NCBI GenBank assembly: GCA_045106895.1
Contig: JBGCFM010000255.1
Location: 1-38,097 of the forward strand
Source: Polyangiales bacterium
GTDB taxonomy: Bacteria > Myxococcota_A > Polyangia > Polyangiales > Houyiibacteriaceae
Reading direction: 5' to 3'
Length of the DNA stretch: 38,097 bases
Shown: positions 25,127 to 34,527 of the stretch, one piece after another
Layout: each line of letters begins with the position of its first letter
Position numbering within the stretch: position 1 is the stretch's first letter
The notes under the pieces: generated by a model
Told to the model about the DNA's origin: nothing
Seen by the model: the letters and a program-made list of their open reading frames with translations, nothing else
Database searches by the model: none
Translations under genes and position numbers: made by a program

Positions 25127-27855
25127 TGCCCAACCTCCGGGCTTCGGCCTAGGGTCTCGATCGCTTGCCGAACCACCGTCGCCAGAGCGCTTTCTGGCGC
25201 GGGGTCGAGCGCTTCGAGACGTGGTCGCAACTTCGTCAGTCCGAGTTCGCCTACGTGGTACACGGAGAGGCTGCGAAGCGAGTCGCTGTCCGTTTCGATG
25301 AGTTCGCGAAGAAGTGATTCGTAGTCGAGCTTTGAGGGCTCGTGGAAGGCTCCCGACGTCCGCAGTCGTTCTTCGTCGGGAACGTCGTCGATCAAACCGA
25401 GGACAGCGTCGCGAATATGAGGCTCGAGAAAGCTCTCCACGAGTTCGCGGCCGCTTGAGCGCACGTCTGCGCGCTCGCTGCGGATTCCGCGGAAGATGGT
25501 TCGGACGTCCTGATTTGGGTGCAAGAGAGCAAGGATGCGAAAGATTCGCTCTCGCATGTTTTTCTCTTTGTCGCGGAGCATCTTGACGAGCAGGTCGTGA
25601 GCGAAAGTGCGCCGTGTCTCATCTTGAACGGCGCCCTCCTCGAGTATTAGGCGCCAATCAAGAAAGCGGAAGGACTTAGAAAGGGTCTCCAGCATCGCAG
25701 CGCGTGGCACATTCTCGTCGATGCTCATCTTCGGGTTCTCGTACAGAAGCCAGTTGAGAGAACGAAGTACTCGGTAGCGAACTTCGCCGTGTTCGACGGT
25801 GGCGAGCTGTCGCATCAGGAGGGCTGCCGCCTGTTGGGACTCAAAGGCGCGGATGGCTGCAGGGACTTGGCGTCGTAGCTTCACGTCTTCGGACTCGTCC
25901 GCGAGGACAACTTCGAGGGCGCTGAGTGCCAGCTCGCCGAGCGGCAGCATGGCCTCGATGGCGGCTTCACGAACTCGTCGCCGCCGGAGCATTCGGCAGA
26001 GGCTGGGGAGAAACGCTTTCGACGGCGTCTTGCCCATCGACACTGCAACGGAAGTGAGGATCGCCTCGTTGTCGCTCTCGCCCAGCCTAATAAGGTAGGC
26101 GTCAAAGTCGGCGGAGGGCCCAAAGCCAATCGCGCGAGCGAGCGCTTCCTTTGCGATATCGCTTCCTTCGCTCACGACTTCGTCCAGGTAAGGACGCGTC
26201 TCCGCGAGGGTCGCGTAGTTGCCAGCCGTCAGGCCCACGAGCGCCGTGGCGCGAACCACCGGGCACGACACCTCGAGCTTGCTGCGCAAGAGAGCCTCGT
26301 CGGGCGCGAGCTTCATCCGTGTTCTGAGCGCCGCGGCGCGCACATGAGCATATTCGTGATCCAGAAGGCGATCGGTGTGCGGGAGGAAGTCCGTTCGTTC
26401 GGTCGTCGCGAGCAACTCGAGGGCGAGGGTCAGAACGTTGGGCGAAGGGTGATAGAGAATCAAGCCGGGGATCACATGGGCACGGTCCTGCTCGCCGAGC
26501 AGTTCAAGCACGACGAGCACCCGCTGGTCATCGGGACTATTGAGCGCTTCCATGAGCGACTCGAACGAGGCGAGATCGAGTTCGGGGAACGCGAGTGATT
26601 TACGAGCAGCAACGTCCGCGAGACGGTTGCGGAAAACGTTGAGGTAATGGTGGCGAAGTTCCATGGCGCCCACAACGGCCAGCACGCTGAGGACAGCAAT
26701 GGCGGCGCCGAGGTAGTCCAGGGAAACGCCACCGGCCATGACAGCGAGGATCACGAGGGACGAAAAGGCCTGCCCCCCTCGATGGGCCGCGATGGCCACG
26801 AAGGTCTTTGCCGCGGAGCGCAGCCGCCGGTCCATCGGTACAAAGAGGAGTTCGCTCGCCGTGCGGTGCAAAGAGTGGCGAAGGGACCCGTCCATACCCT
26901 TGAGCGCCACGCCGGCGAAAATACCGCCGCCGAGCAGCAAACTCACTCCGCCAAGGGCGAGCAATCCAGGCAGAAGAGCCAGCGAGCGAGTCGGTCCGAA
27001 CACCCGCACGACGAAGCGAACGACGAAGAGCTGAATGAAGAGCGACCCGACGTTGAGCACGAAGTACACACGGGCGAGAAAGACCGGAAGCATGTCATGG
27101 TCGATCTTGGCGGCGGCTTCGTTCTTGAAGACGAAATCAGCCAACGTGAAGAGGAGCGTGAACACGACCATGAGCATGCTGACGCGCCGTGCGTAGGGGT
27201 CGGAGAGCACTCTCTTCGCATCGCTTAGCGGATTGGCGCGAGGAGACTCCGCCGTCACGTTTGGGGCGGCGACGCTCGCGACCTTTGTACTCGCGCTGAG
27301 AGACACGGGGCCGATAGCGCTGACGACAAGCACACCACCGGCGATGACCAGGAGTTGTTCCGCGGGAACGAGCGTCGCAAGCAAGCTCGCGATGCCGGAG
27401 CCAACGATGGCGCCGACGACACTGCTCACGCCGATGGTTGCATAGAGTCGCTTCGCCTGGCTTGCCGTGAAGCGGTCGCCAAGCAGGACGAACATGCGGG
27501 CCATCGCAACGGTGACGATGACCGCTGTCCAGATATAGAGCGCGTAGAGCACCCAGTCACCTGTTCCAACCAGCGGCCAGAACCCGATGGTGGTGAGTCC
27601 CGCAAAGAGGAGCCATCCCGCCAGCGCCGAGCGCCCGCCGGGGCCGCGTTCTTGGAGTGCGACAACCCCAAAAGAGGCGATGGCGACGCCGATGTAGACG
27701 AAGGGGAGCTGCGCTGGAGAGATGCGCGAGAGAAAGAGCGCATCACGGGCAGTCTCAAGGAGCGCATGCGCGGCCATCAAGAGAAATAGCGTTGCCATGG
27801 CGACGGCGGTGTCCCGACGCTCATCGGGCCGGATTTGTCGTAAGCCGTGGAACAC
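25123..27855 (-). CDS. NTT/TLC (Npt1/Npt2-like, MFS fold) transporter fused to HEAT repeats
   Basis: IRPDER..., LLETARDALFLS...LPFVY, QAKRLYATIG, TLADFVFK, DGSLRHSLHRTASELLFVP...K; ~12 TM segments. C-terminal ~500 aa of HEAT repeats (HVRAAAL, VVRATAL, VRYRVLRSL). Confidence 0.9.
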   Translation of the reverse strand: MFHGLRQIRPDERRDTAVAMATLFLLMAAHALLETARDALFLSRISPAQLPFVYIGVAIASFGVVALQERGPGGRSALAGWLLFAGLTTIGFWPLVGTGDWVLYALYIWTAVIVTVAMARMFVLLGDRFTASQAKRLYATIGVSSVVGAIVGSGIASLLATLVPAEQLLVIAGGVLVVSAIGPVSLSASTKVASVAAPNVTAESPRANPLSDAKRVLSDPYARRVSMLMVVFTLLFTLADFVFKNEAAAKIDHDMLPVFLARVYFVLNVGSLFIQLFVVRFVVRVFGPTRSLALLPGLLALGGVSLLLGGGIFAGVALKGMDGSLRHSLHRTASELLFVPMDRRLRSAAKTFVAIAAHRGGQAFSSLVILAVMAGGVSLDYLGAAIAVLSVLAVVGAMELRHHYLNVFRNRLADVAARKSLAFPELDLASFESLMEALNSPDDQRVLVVLELLGEQDRAHVIPGLILYHPSPNVLTLALELLATTERTDFLPHTDRLLDHEYAHVRAAALRTRMKLAPDEALLRSKLEVSCPVVRATALVGLTAGNYATLAETRPYLDEVVSEGSDIAKEALARAIGFGPSADFDAYLIRLGESDNEAILTSVAVSMGKTPSKAFLPSLCRMLRRRRVREAAIEAMLPLGELALSALEVVLADESEDVKLRRQVPAAIRAFESQQAAALLMRQLATVEHGEVRYRVLRSLNWLLYENPKMSIDENVPRAAMLETLSKSFRFLDWRLILEEGAVQDETRRTFAHDLLVKMLRDKEKNMRERIFRILALLHPNQDVRTIFRGIRSERADVRSSGRELVESFLEPHIRDAVLGLIDDVPDEERLRTSGAFHEPSKLDYESLLRELIETDSDSLRSLSVYHVGELGLTKLRPRLEALDPAPESALATVVRQAIETLGRSPEVGQ

Positions 27856-28618
27856 CTAATCAGCCATAGGGCAATTTTCACGGGGTGCTAGCGCGACCGT
27901 CTTCTAGTTCTCTTCGACCTCTTCGGTGGCCTAGTTGGAGGCTGCGCCGCAGCCATCATGCGAATGTGGCTCAGGGCCGTGAGAAATCGCTCGCCCGCCG
28001 TTTCTGGCGTCCGCCGGCGGCCAGCGGCGTCGCGCCGGCCAGGCGGATTGTGCAGGTTCAAGTGGCACGGGGCGGCGACTTCGACGTGCGCGGAGCAAAC
28101 GCGCAGCGATGGCTACGCGCCGCGGCTTGCAGGTCACTCGCGGGACCCCGCGTAGGTCCCGCAAGGGTTGGCGAAGGACGAAAGTTCACCGACCGGCGAC
28201 GCGCAAAAGCGCGAGATGGGCCCAGTGCTTCCGCGATGACGGCTTCCGCGTCCTCTTCGTTAAGGTCACGCGCATGCCTGACTTCCTCGACGAAGAACCG
28301 CCTCAGCCATGGACGCTGGTGCGCGGATTCGTCGTCCGAACCCAAGGAGGCATACGCAGCGGCAAGTCGCTGGAGGTCCGAACCGGCTTCATGGAGGCGG
28401 AAGGGCAGCGCTCTTGCGATGGCGGCGCCGGAGCGGGGTTCAACGCGAAGAAGAAGCACAGAACGTGGCGGTGGAAGCCCTGTTTCGTTTCGTCGCTCAA
28501 ACGCAGGCCCCGCCATGGGAGTGGTACCGCCTCGACGTCGTCAAACTCGTTGGGCTCGGACCAAGACGAGTAAGGGGCGTCTACCCGGGTTACCGCTTCG
28601 ATGATGAAGAGTAAGCGC

Positions 28619-29449
28619 TTACTCGCCGGCCGCCGCGTCGCCGGCCAGACTCGCGATGAACGCGACGAGGGACGCTATCTCCTCCTCGCTCAGCGGGACG
28701 ATGGCCATTTGAGCGACGGCTTGGTGGAGCGTTGTGGCGGAGTCGTCGTGAAAGTAGGGTGCGGTCTCCGACGCGCCTCGAAGAGAAGGTACCCAGAAGT
28801 AGCCTCGATCGGCTTCTAGCCCCGACTCTTCGAAGAGACCCGGATGAGCCGAAGGCACGTACGGTTCTACGACCACCCCGAAGGACTGGTACATCGTGTC
28901 GCCGAGGGTCGGGCCCGCGTGGCAATGGATACATCCGGCGGTCTCGAAGAGCCGCAGCCCTGTCTTCGCTTCCTCGGACAGGGCATCCACGTCACCCATG
29001 CGGAAGCGGTCATAGGGGCTCGTTCCGCGAAGTAGATGCAACAGCCCGATGGCGATCACCCGCAGATTAGCGAGGACCGCGCCCCTCGCCGCGCTGTCGA
29101 CCTCACACGCCAGGACAAAGCCTTGGCTTCTCTGCTCGAACCTCACGCTCTGTTGTTGGTAGTCCGCGGGAAGGTCTTCGTGCGCGGCCCAAACGCGATG
29201 CTCGAAGGCGGCCCCGGCGATGTCTTCGGCGGCCTCGCAGGCTGACCCGTCGGAGCTGCGGGCGGTCCCGCCCCATACCGTCGCGGTCTCTGCGCCGGCA
29301 CGCTCGAGGATCTCAATGCCACGGGCGAAGGCACGAGGCGGCGCCGGCGGCGTCGAGGCCGGGACATGCACCGGCGCTGCTTGGGCCGGCGAGGAGTTTC
29401 CGCCACACGCGACGAGCGCGAGGGAAAGCGGAAGAAGGAAGCGAACCAA
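28619..29449 (-). CDS. Lipoprotein with a single c-type haem domain resembling the C-terminal half of di-haem cytochrome c peroxidase
   Basis: TTG start at 29449, lipobox LVAC. SPYDRF..GD..ALSEEAKTGLRLFETAGCIHCHAGP...VPSLRG...TAPYFHDDSATTL..AV..M. Confidence 0.8.
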   Translation of the reverse strand: MVRFLLPLSLALVACGGNSSPAQAAPVHVPASTPPAPPRAFARGIEILERAGAETATVWGGTARSSDGSACEAAEDIAGAAFEHRVWAAHEDLPADYQQQSVRFEQRSQGFVLACEVDSAARGAVLANLRVIAIGLLHLLRGTSPYDRFRMGDVDALSEEAKTGLRLFETAGCIHCHAGPTLGDTMYQSFGVVVEPYVPSAHPGLFEESGLEADRGYFWVPSLRGASETAPYFHDDSATTLHQAVAQMAIVPLSEEEIASLVAFIASLAGDAAAGE

Positions 29450-29456
29450 GAGCTTC

Positions 29457-31157
29457 TCAGCCGCGTCGGCGGCGACGTAAGAACAACGCGCCAAAGGCAA
29501 GGAGCGCCCAGCGTGCACTCGAAGATGAAGGTGCATTCGATGACGAGGTTCCTCCGGCGACGACACATCCGCAGCCGCTCTCGAGCTCACCCGGGTCGCT
29601 CGTGCCAGCGTCGAGGCTCATGCCGCCGTCCGTGGTTCCGGCGTCCGTGCTGGGCCCGGCGTCCATGCCGGGACCCGCGTCCATGCCAGGACCCGCATCG
29701 ACCATCGGCGCGTCGCCACTCACAGTCACACGGATCTGAAGCTGGTTGTCCGGTGGTCCGCCTTGGCCTTCGTCGGAGAACCACAGCTCGCCGAGCTGAA
29801 TGATGCCGAAGAACTGCGAGTAGTCGCCGGCGGCATCCGGCGCGCGCACGTTGAACTCGAAGCGTCCGGTTTCGCCCGGGGCGACGACTCGGTCCACGCC
29901 CACGGGACGGTTCGGCGCCACCCAGTCGTCGGCTTCGAGGGCGGAGTCCGAGAGGCGCGGCTCGGTGGTGGCGAGGAAGGTCTCTTCGGGGCGCCAGGTC
30001 TCCGTGCCGATGTTGCGCATCTCGATGAAGCCGCTCTGAACTTCGCCCGGCGCGAGGATGAAGTCCTGGCTGGCGAGGGGGAAGCTCTGGCTCACGTACA
30101 TCGCGCCGTAGGCCATGCCCGAGCCGCCCGCGTCTTCGCGGAGCATGCCGAGGAGTGCGTGGAGGTCGCCGCCGGGACAGACCGTGGAAGCGCCGGCGTG
30201 GTCTCGGTGTCCCATGACGCGCTCGGCGGTGAGGGGAATGCTGTAGATCTCCGAGAGGCGGCCGATGACGCGCGCGGCGCCGGCGAGCATGACGTCGGGA
30301 GGCGTGCCCGGAGGAAGTGGCCGACAGTCCGGATGATCGGAGTCGTAGCAGCCGACGAAGCTCACGCCGATGTTGCCGGTGTTGTGGTTGAGGACGTGGG
30401 AACCGAGCATCTCCAAGGGGCGCGCCTCCCAAACGTTGCCGTCGAGGGTGACCAAGAAGTGGTAGCCGACGTCGCACCAGCCGCGGCCGTCCATATGGAA
30501 GTTCTGAATGCCGCGCAGAAGGCTCGTGGGCTCGCCCATCGCCGCGGTGACGGTGTGGTGCACGGCCATGCGTGTCTTCGATTCGTTGAGCGAAGTGCAG
30601 CGCGTCGCGCGTGCGCCCCACTCTTCGCGTGTTCGCACCAAGCCCTCAAGCTCCGCGCGCAGCGCATGGGTCACGCTTCCGACTTCGTCCGTCAATGCAG
30701 GCGGCGCTTGGTTTTCGGCGGGCAGTTCCGTGTCGAAGCGGGTCTCGGGAACAAGCGCTGACCAGATGAGGCTCTCGATGGGCTCACCCGAGTCGACGCG
30801 AATCTGCGCGGCACGCGCGGCGAACTCCAGCTCGACGCGGGCAACGTACTGCCCCTCTTCGCTCCACGTCGTGACGAGGGGCTGCCAGGAGCCTTCGGCG
30901 CCATTGTCCGCGATGACGCGGGCTTCGATGCGCGGCGCCGTCGCGCCTTGTTGAAGGCGAGCGAGAAGTGCCACGCGGGTTGCACCGAGGGGGGCGGCGA
31001 GGACCGGCGAAACGCGCCAACCGTCCTCCTCTTCGAAGCCCTCGATCTGTGCGCCGCTAAGCACCGCCTCGGCGACGCGGTCGCTCGGCGTTGGGTAGAA
31101 CTCAGGCGCGTTCTCGCAGGCGAAAATCAGAGGGAGCAGGAGCGCGAGGCGTTTCAT
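29457..31157 (-). CDS. N-acetylmuramoyl-L-alanine amidase (Amidase_2/PGRP) with Ig-like (NBR1-like) domain and MYXO-CTERM tail
   Basis: REEWGAR, VHHT, IQNFHMDGRGWCDVGYHFLV, GHRD, TVCPG (Zn ligands). MRNIGTETW..VAPGETGRFEF Ig domain. Tail GCGCVV...WALLAFGALFLRRRRR. Confidence 0.92.
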   Translation of the reverse strand: MKRLALLLPLIFACENAPEFYPTPSDRVAEAVLSGAQIEGFEEEDGWRVSPVLAAPLGATRVALLARLQQGATAPRIEARVIADNGAEGSWQPLVTTWSEEGQYVARVELEFAARAAQIRVDSGEPIESLIWSALVPETRFDTELPAENQAPPALTDEVGSVTHALRAELEGLVRTREEWGARATRCTSLNESKTRMAVHHTVTAAMGEPTSLLRGIQNFHMDGRGWCDVGYHFLVTLDGNVWEARPLEMLGSHVLNHNTGNIGVSFVGCYDSDHPDCRPLPPGTPPDVMLAGAARVIGRLSEIYSIPLTAERVMGHRDHAGASTVCPGGDLHALLGMLREDAGGSGMAYGAMYVSQSFPLASQDFILAPGEVQSGFIEMRNIGTETWRPEETFLATTEPRLSDSALEADDWVAPNRPVGVDRVVAPGETGRFEFNVRAPDAAGDYSQFFGIIQLGELWFSDEGQGGPPDNQLQIRVTVSGDAPMVDAGPGMDAGPGMDAGPSTDAGTTDGGMSLDAGTSDPGELESGCGCVVAGGTSSSNAPSSSSARWALLAFGALFLRRRRRG

Positions 31158-31220
31158 CCCCGATTTGTAGCATGGGCCGGGTTTGCCGCTGGGCTTCCGC
31201 TCTGGCTAGGCTGATTTCAT

Positions 31221-31715
31221 ATGACATTTACGCGCTTTTCTTTTCTTCTTCTCATCACCTTCGCTTCGACGCTCAACATGGGAACAGCCTGTGGCAGCTG
31301 CCCCGAGGGCGACAACGTCTTCGTCGAGGACTTTCAGGACTGCGCAGGTATTCCCTGCGCTTGGTCGGCAGACACGGGGACGCTGAGCGGCTCCGGTGAG
31401 CTCGTCGTCCCCGAAGGAACGACGGCGCGTCGTGCGGTCTCCGTGGAACTCGGCCGCATCGAGTTCTCCGCCATCGACTACCGCTTTCGGTGCGAGGCCG
31501 GAGCGACGCTTCAGCTCGGAGCCAGTGGCCCGCAGCCGATCATTCTCGACGCATGGGAAACGCCTCCCGAAGGAACCATCACCGGCACCGTGTCCACCTC
31601 CGCCCGCATCGCCGACGGAGGCCCCTTCCTCGCCGAGGAGATCGCGTTCACTGCGACCGGCGGCGCATGCACCATCGAAGCCCTGCGCGCCTACAACGGC
31701 ATGTACTGCGACTGA
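31221..31715 (+). CDS. Hypothetical secreted Cys-containing protein
   Basis: Hydrophobic N-terminus with TAC, high GC3, beta-rich 164 aa. Confidence 0.75.
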   Translation: MTFTRFSFLLLITFASTLNMGTACGSCPEGDNVFVEDFQDCAGIPCAWSADTGTLSGSGELVVPEGTTARRAVSVELGRIEFSAIDYRFRCEAGATLQLGASGPQPIILDAWETPPEGTITGTVSTSARIADGGPFLAEEIAFTATGGACTIEALRAYNGMYCD

Positions 31716-31727
31716 TACTACGCCGTT

Positions 31728-32246
31728 TCAATGCGACGCATCGAGCTTTGGCGCAGCGCTGTGTCGTCGTGCTGGACGATCCGTCACACCCTCCTTCGGA
31801 ATGCCTAGGCGTGCACGAAGCGCGGCGACGGGCTGCGCGAGGAGCGCTTCGACTTCTTCTTCGCGAAGCTCAAGTTTGTAAAGCGTGACGCCGCGGCGAC
31901 CGTGTCGAAATGCGGCGGCGATGCGACGGGGCGCGAGGAAGAGACCCGTGAACATCGCGAGGCCGTTGTACACATAGCCAGCAAGGTTGGTGCAGCCTGC
32001 GCCGAGCTCCCACGCGCCGATTTCCCCTTCGCCGATGAGGTCGGTGCCGTAGCCCGTGGCGACGTGATGAAGGTCATGAAAACGAATGAGCTTTTTGCGA
32101 CCCTTGGTGTTCGGGAGGTGAACGGTGAAGGGGCCGATGGGGATAGCCACCGTCGACGCTTCGTACGCGTCCATGGAGAAGCCGTTGCTTTCGAGGTAGC
32201 GGTGTCGCGCGTCGTGAACGCTGCGGGTTGGGTCTTGCGGGTTCAT
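31728..32246 (-). CDS. Coq4-like metal-binding family protein
   Basis: FHDLHHVATGYGTDLIGEGEIGAWEL (HDxxH...E motif). ATG at 32246 preceded by GGAGG. Confidence 0.8.
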   Translation of the reverse strand: MNPQDPTRSVHDARHRYLESNGFSMDAYEASTVAIPIGPFTVHLPNTKGRKKLIRFHDLHHVATGYGTDLIGEGEIGAWELGAGCTNLAGYVYNGLAMFTGLFLAPRRIAAAFRHGRRGVTLYKLELREEEVEALLAQPVAALRARLGIPKEGVTDRPARRHSAAPKLDASH

Positions 32247-32391
32247 CTTGCCTCCACCCCCAGTGTGGGGCTGCGGCACGCCGGAAACGACTCGCTTTTC
32301 CCTCGACGAAAAGCACAGCCTTTTCCAACACTTACAAGATCAACGCTCGTAAGTTTCGCATTCCGTACCGTCGGGTGAACGCTAGGCGGCA

Positions 32392-32500
32392 ATGCCCACG
32401 CGTGCGCTCTTCGCCGCACTGCCCCAACAGCCTCGACGACCCCGAACTTCTGAAGCGTCTAACGGAGGCGTCTTTGGTTTACGTGAACTCGACAAGCGTT
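32392..32500 (+). pseudogene. Internally deleted relic of a TetR gene paralogous to 34528..35142
   Basis: ATGCCCACGCG (identical to the TetR start) is fused to GCGCTCTTCGCCG..CACTGCCCC..AGCCTCGA.GACCC.GA (TetR 3' end). Encodes HCPNSLDDPELLKRLT versus HCPESLDDPELSERLT. Confidence 0.75.
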
Positions 32501-32530
32501 GAGGCCGAGTACCGTGACTCAGTGGACTTG

Positions 32531-33421
32531 CTAGAGCCCAATGCCTTCTGCCAGCAGATCAAAGACCATGCGAATGCGAGGACTTGTTTTTACTTCACGG
32601 TGCGCCACCAGCCACGTTTCAACGTTGATGGGCTCGAATTCCAAATAGGGGTTTTCAAGTTCCGGATAAGCCGCTCCTATCTGGATCGGGAGAATCCCGA
32701 CGCCAAAACCTTGCCGGATGAGTTCGAGCGTTAGCGTGGCACTCGACGTTGAAAAATTGAAACTCGCCTTCGTCAGGTTCAGGCCACGGGATGCCATCAG
32801 GCCAAGCCGAAGTCCGGGGTCGTCAAAGCCAACGAACGTCAGCTTTTCCAGATCAGAGAGCGTCTTCGGACGACCCACCGCGTCCAGGTACTCTTTGGAC
32901 GCAAAAAGATGCGCCGTCGTATCTCTGAGCCGTTTTGCGAACAGGCTCGCTTCCTTGGGTCGACGATGGCGAATCGCGATATCTGCTTCACGGCGCCGCA
33001 GATCGCTTAGCTCATTGGATGCGAGAATCTCGATGTGAAGTCCTGGCGCGGTTTTGCTGAGGGTTTTGAGGGCTGGCGGCAGAAAGTGCGTGGCCATCAG
33101 GTTTGTGGCGGAGATCAACACGTGTCCGGTCACGGCCTGGGATTGGCCCGTTGCAGCAAGGGAGATGGAGTTTGCCGCATCACCCATCGTCCGAAAGTGC
33201 CCGAGCAATTCGACGCCAGACTGAGTCAGCAAAAGCGCGCGTGGTGTTCGTTCAAAGAGGGTCACACCAAGCGCTTCTTCGAGACCCGCGACCTGTCGGC
33301 TCAGCGTGGGTTGCGTCAGCCCGAGTGCTCGCGCCGCCGCAGATAACGAGCCTTCCTCGGCGGTCACGAGAAACGCACGCGCTTGATTCCAATCGAACGA
33401 AGAACGCTTCCACTCCATCAT
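32531..33421 (-). CDS. LysR family transcriptional regulator
   Basis: DWNQARAFLVTAEEGSLSAAARALGLTQPTLSRQVAGLE..LGVTLFER; DLRRREADIAIR. Confidence 0.97.
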   Translation of the reverse strand: MMEWKRSSFDWNQARAFLVTAEEGSLSAAARALGLTQPTLSRQVAGLEEALGVTLFERTPRALLLTQSGVELLGHFRTMGDAANSISLAATGQSQAVTGHVLISATNLMATHFLPPALKTLSKTAPGLHIEILASNELSDLRRREADIAIRHRRPKEASLFAKRLRDTTAHLFASKEYLDAVGRPKTLSDLEKLTFVGFDDPGLRLGLMASRGLNLTKASFNFSTSSATLTLELIRQGFGVGILPIQIGAAYPELENPYLEFEPINVETWLVAHREVKTSPRIRMVFDLLAEGIGL

Positions 33422-33620
33422 CTACGTATACCGGAACAAGAGTCATGCGCAATTACGTATCTAAAAGCGCGCTCCATATTCCTGCCATCGACCCACTTAC
33501 TGGCAGGAAAAATATGACGAAGATGAGAAATGGAAGGCGGAGGCAGGCCGCTGCGGATCGTAGCGCGGACCACCATCGGTCCTCCTCGGCCCTTGTGCCG
33601 GACACTCAGCGGAGGGCCTC

Positions 33621-34313
33621 ATGGTCCGTCTGAAGAGGTCCGAGTGGGTTCTCCTTGGACTGATCGGTGTCTACACATTCATTCCGGCCGTGGGCGGCTT
33701 GATCCGAGTCTTGGAGCTTGCGGGTGGACCGCAAATCGCACCGCCGAACCCACGGGCTTTGCATGCCCCGGCGCCGATCATTCTTCACCTAATCAGCAGC
33801 ATTGTGTTTTGCCTCGTCGGCGCGCTTCAGTTCATCCCAAGCTTCCGGCGCCAACGTCCGGCAGCCCATCGCATCCTCGGACGCGTCTTTGCAGTGGCCG
33901 GATGTCTGTCCGCACTGAGTGGTCTGTGGATGACCCATTTCTATGTGATTCCAGCGACGCTTCAGGGGCCCACGCTCTATCTGACGCGGATGGTACTCGG
34001 CACGGCCATGGTCGTGCTGATCGTCTGGGCTGTTGTCGCGATCAGGTCTCGCAAAATCTTTCAACACAGCGCCGCTATGTTGCGGGCGTATGCGATCGGC
34101 CAAGGCGCATCGACGCAATCTCTGGTGGGCATCGCCTGGATGATCGCTGCTGGATCCGAAGCCGTCGGACCGTCGCGTGACGCACTGATGATCTTCTGTT
34201 GGGGGCTCAATCTGTTGGGAGCAGAGATCCTCATTCGGAAATTCTTCAGACCCATGAAGCGCTGGCGAAAAACGTGGCGCCCGGCACCGTCGGCAACAGG
34301 GAATGAGGCATAA
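33621..34313 (+). CDS. DUF2306 family integral membrane protein
   Basis: GGAGG RBS. LHLISS..F.LVGALQF.PSFRR.RPAAHRILGR...SGLWMT...HSAAMLRAYAIGQGASTQ...W.LNL.AE. Confidence 0.9.
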   Translation: MVRLKRSEWVLLGLIGVYTFIPAVGGLIRVLELAGGPQIAPPNPRALHAPAPIILHLISSIVFCLVGALQFIPSFRRQRPAAHRILGRVFAVAGCLSALSGLWMTHFYVIPATLQGPTLYLTRMVLGTAMVVLIVWAVVAIRSRKIFQHSAAMLRAYAIGQGASTQSLVGIAWMIAAGSEAVGPSRDALMIFCWGLNLLGAEILIRKFFRPMKRWRKTWRPAPSATGNEA

Positions 34314-34527
34314 ATTTGATCCACCCGACTTTTGTCGCCGCACGCGGATCGAGTCGTAAATGGGCGGTCTCCTCGTGCTGACGCTCCTCGCTTGTGCCCT
34401 CTCGCCGCGTGACACGGCTCGGAGCCGCAGGTCGGCGACGCCGATATTGGCGCACACGACGACCTCGTGGAACTCGAGTTCTTTACTCTTGGGTCACGTC
34501 TGTCGACGCTGCTGTAGACTCAGCTCG

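Noticed and set aside
29587..30761. ORFs 29587..30621 (-) and 29763..30761 (+)
   Set aside because: Alternative-frame or antisense shadows of the amidase gene; Arg/Pro-rich and without motifs.
33445..33460. LysR operator (ATGCG-N6-CGTAT)
   Set aside because: The location is plausible, but the spacing is T-N12-A rather than canonical T-N11-A and the dyad is imperfect.
34314..34527. 56-aa N-terminal extension of TetR, or relic of a Coq4-like gene
   Set aside because: TetR homology starts at MPTRKKP (34528). The resemblance of LLACALSPRDTARSRR to the Coq4-like C-terminus is too weak to call.
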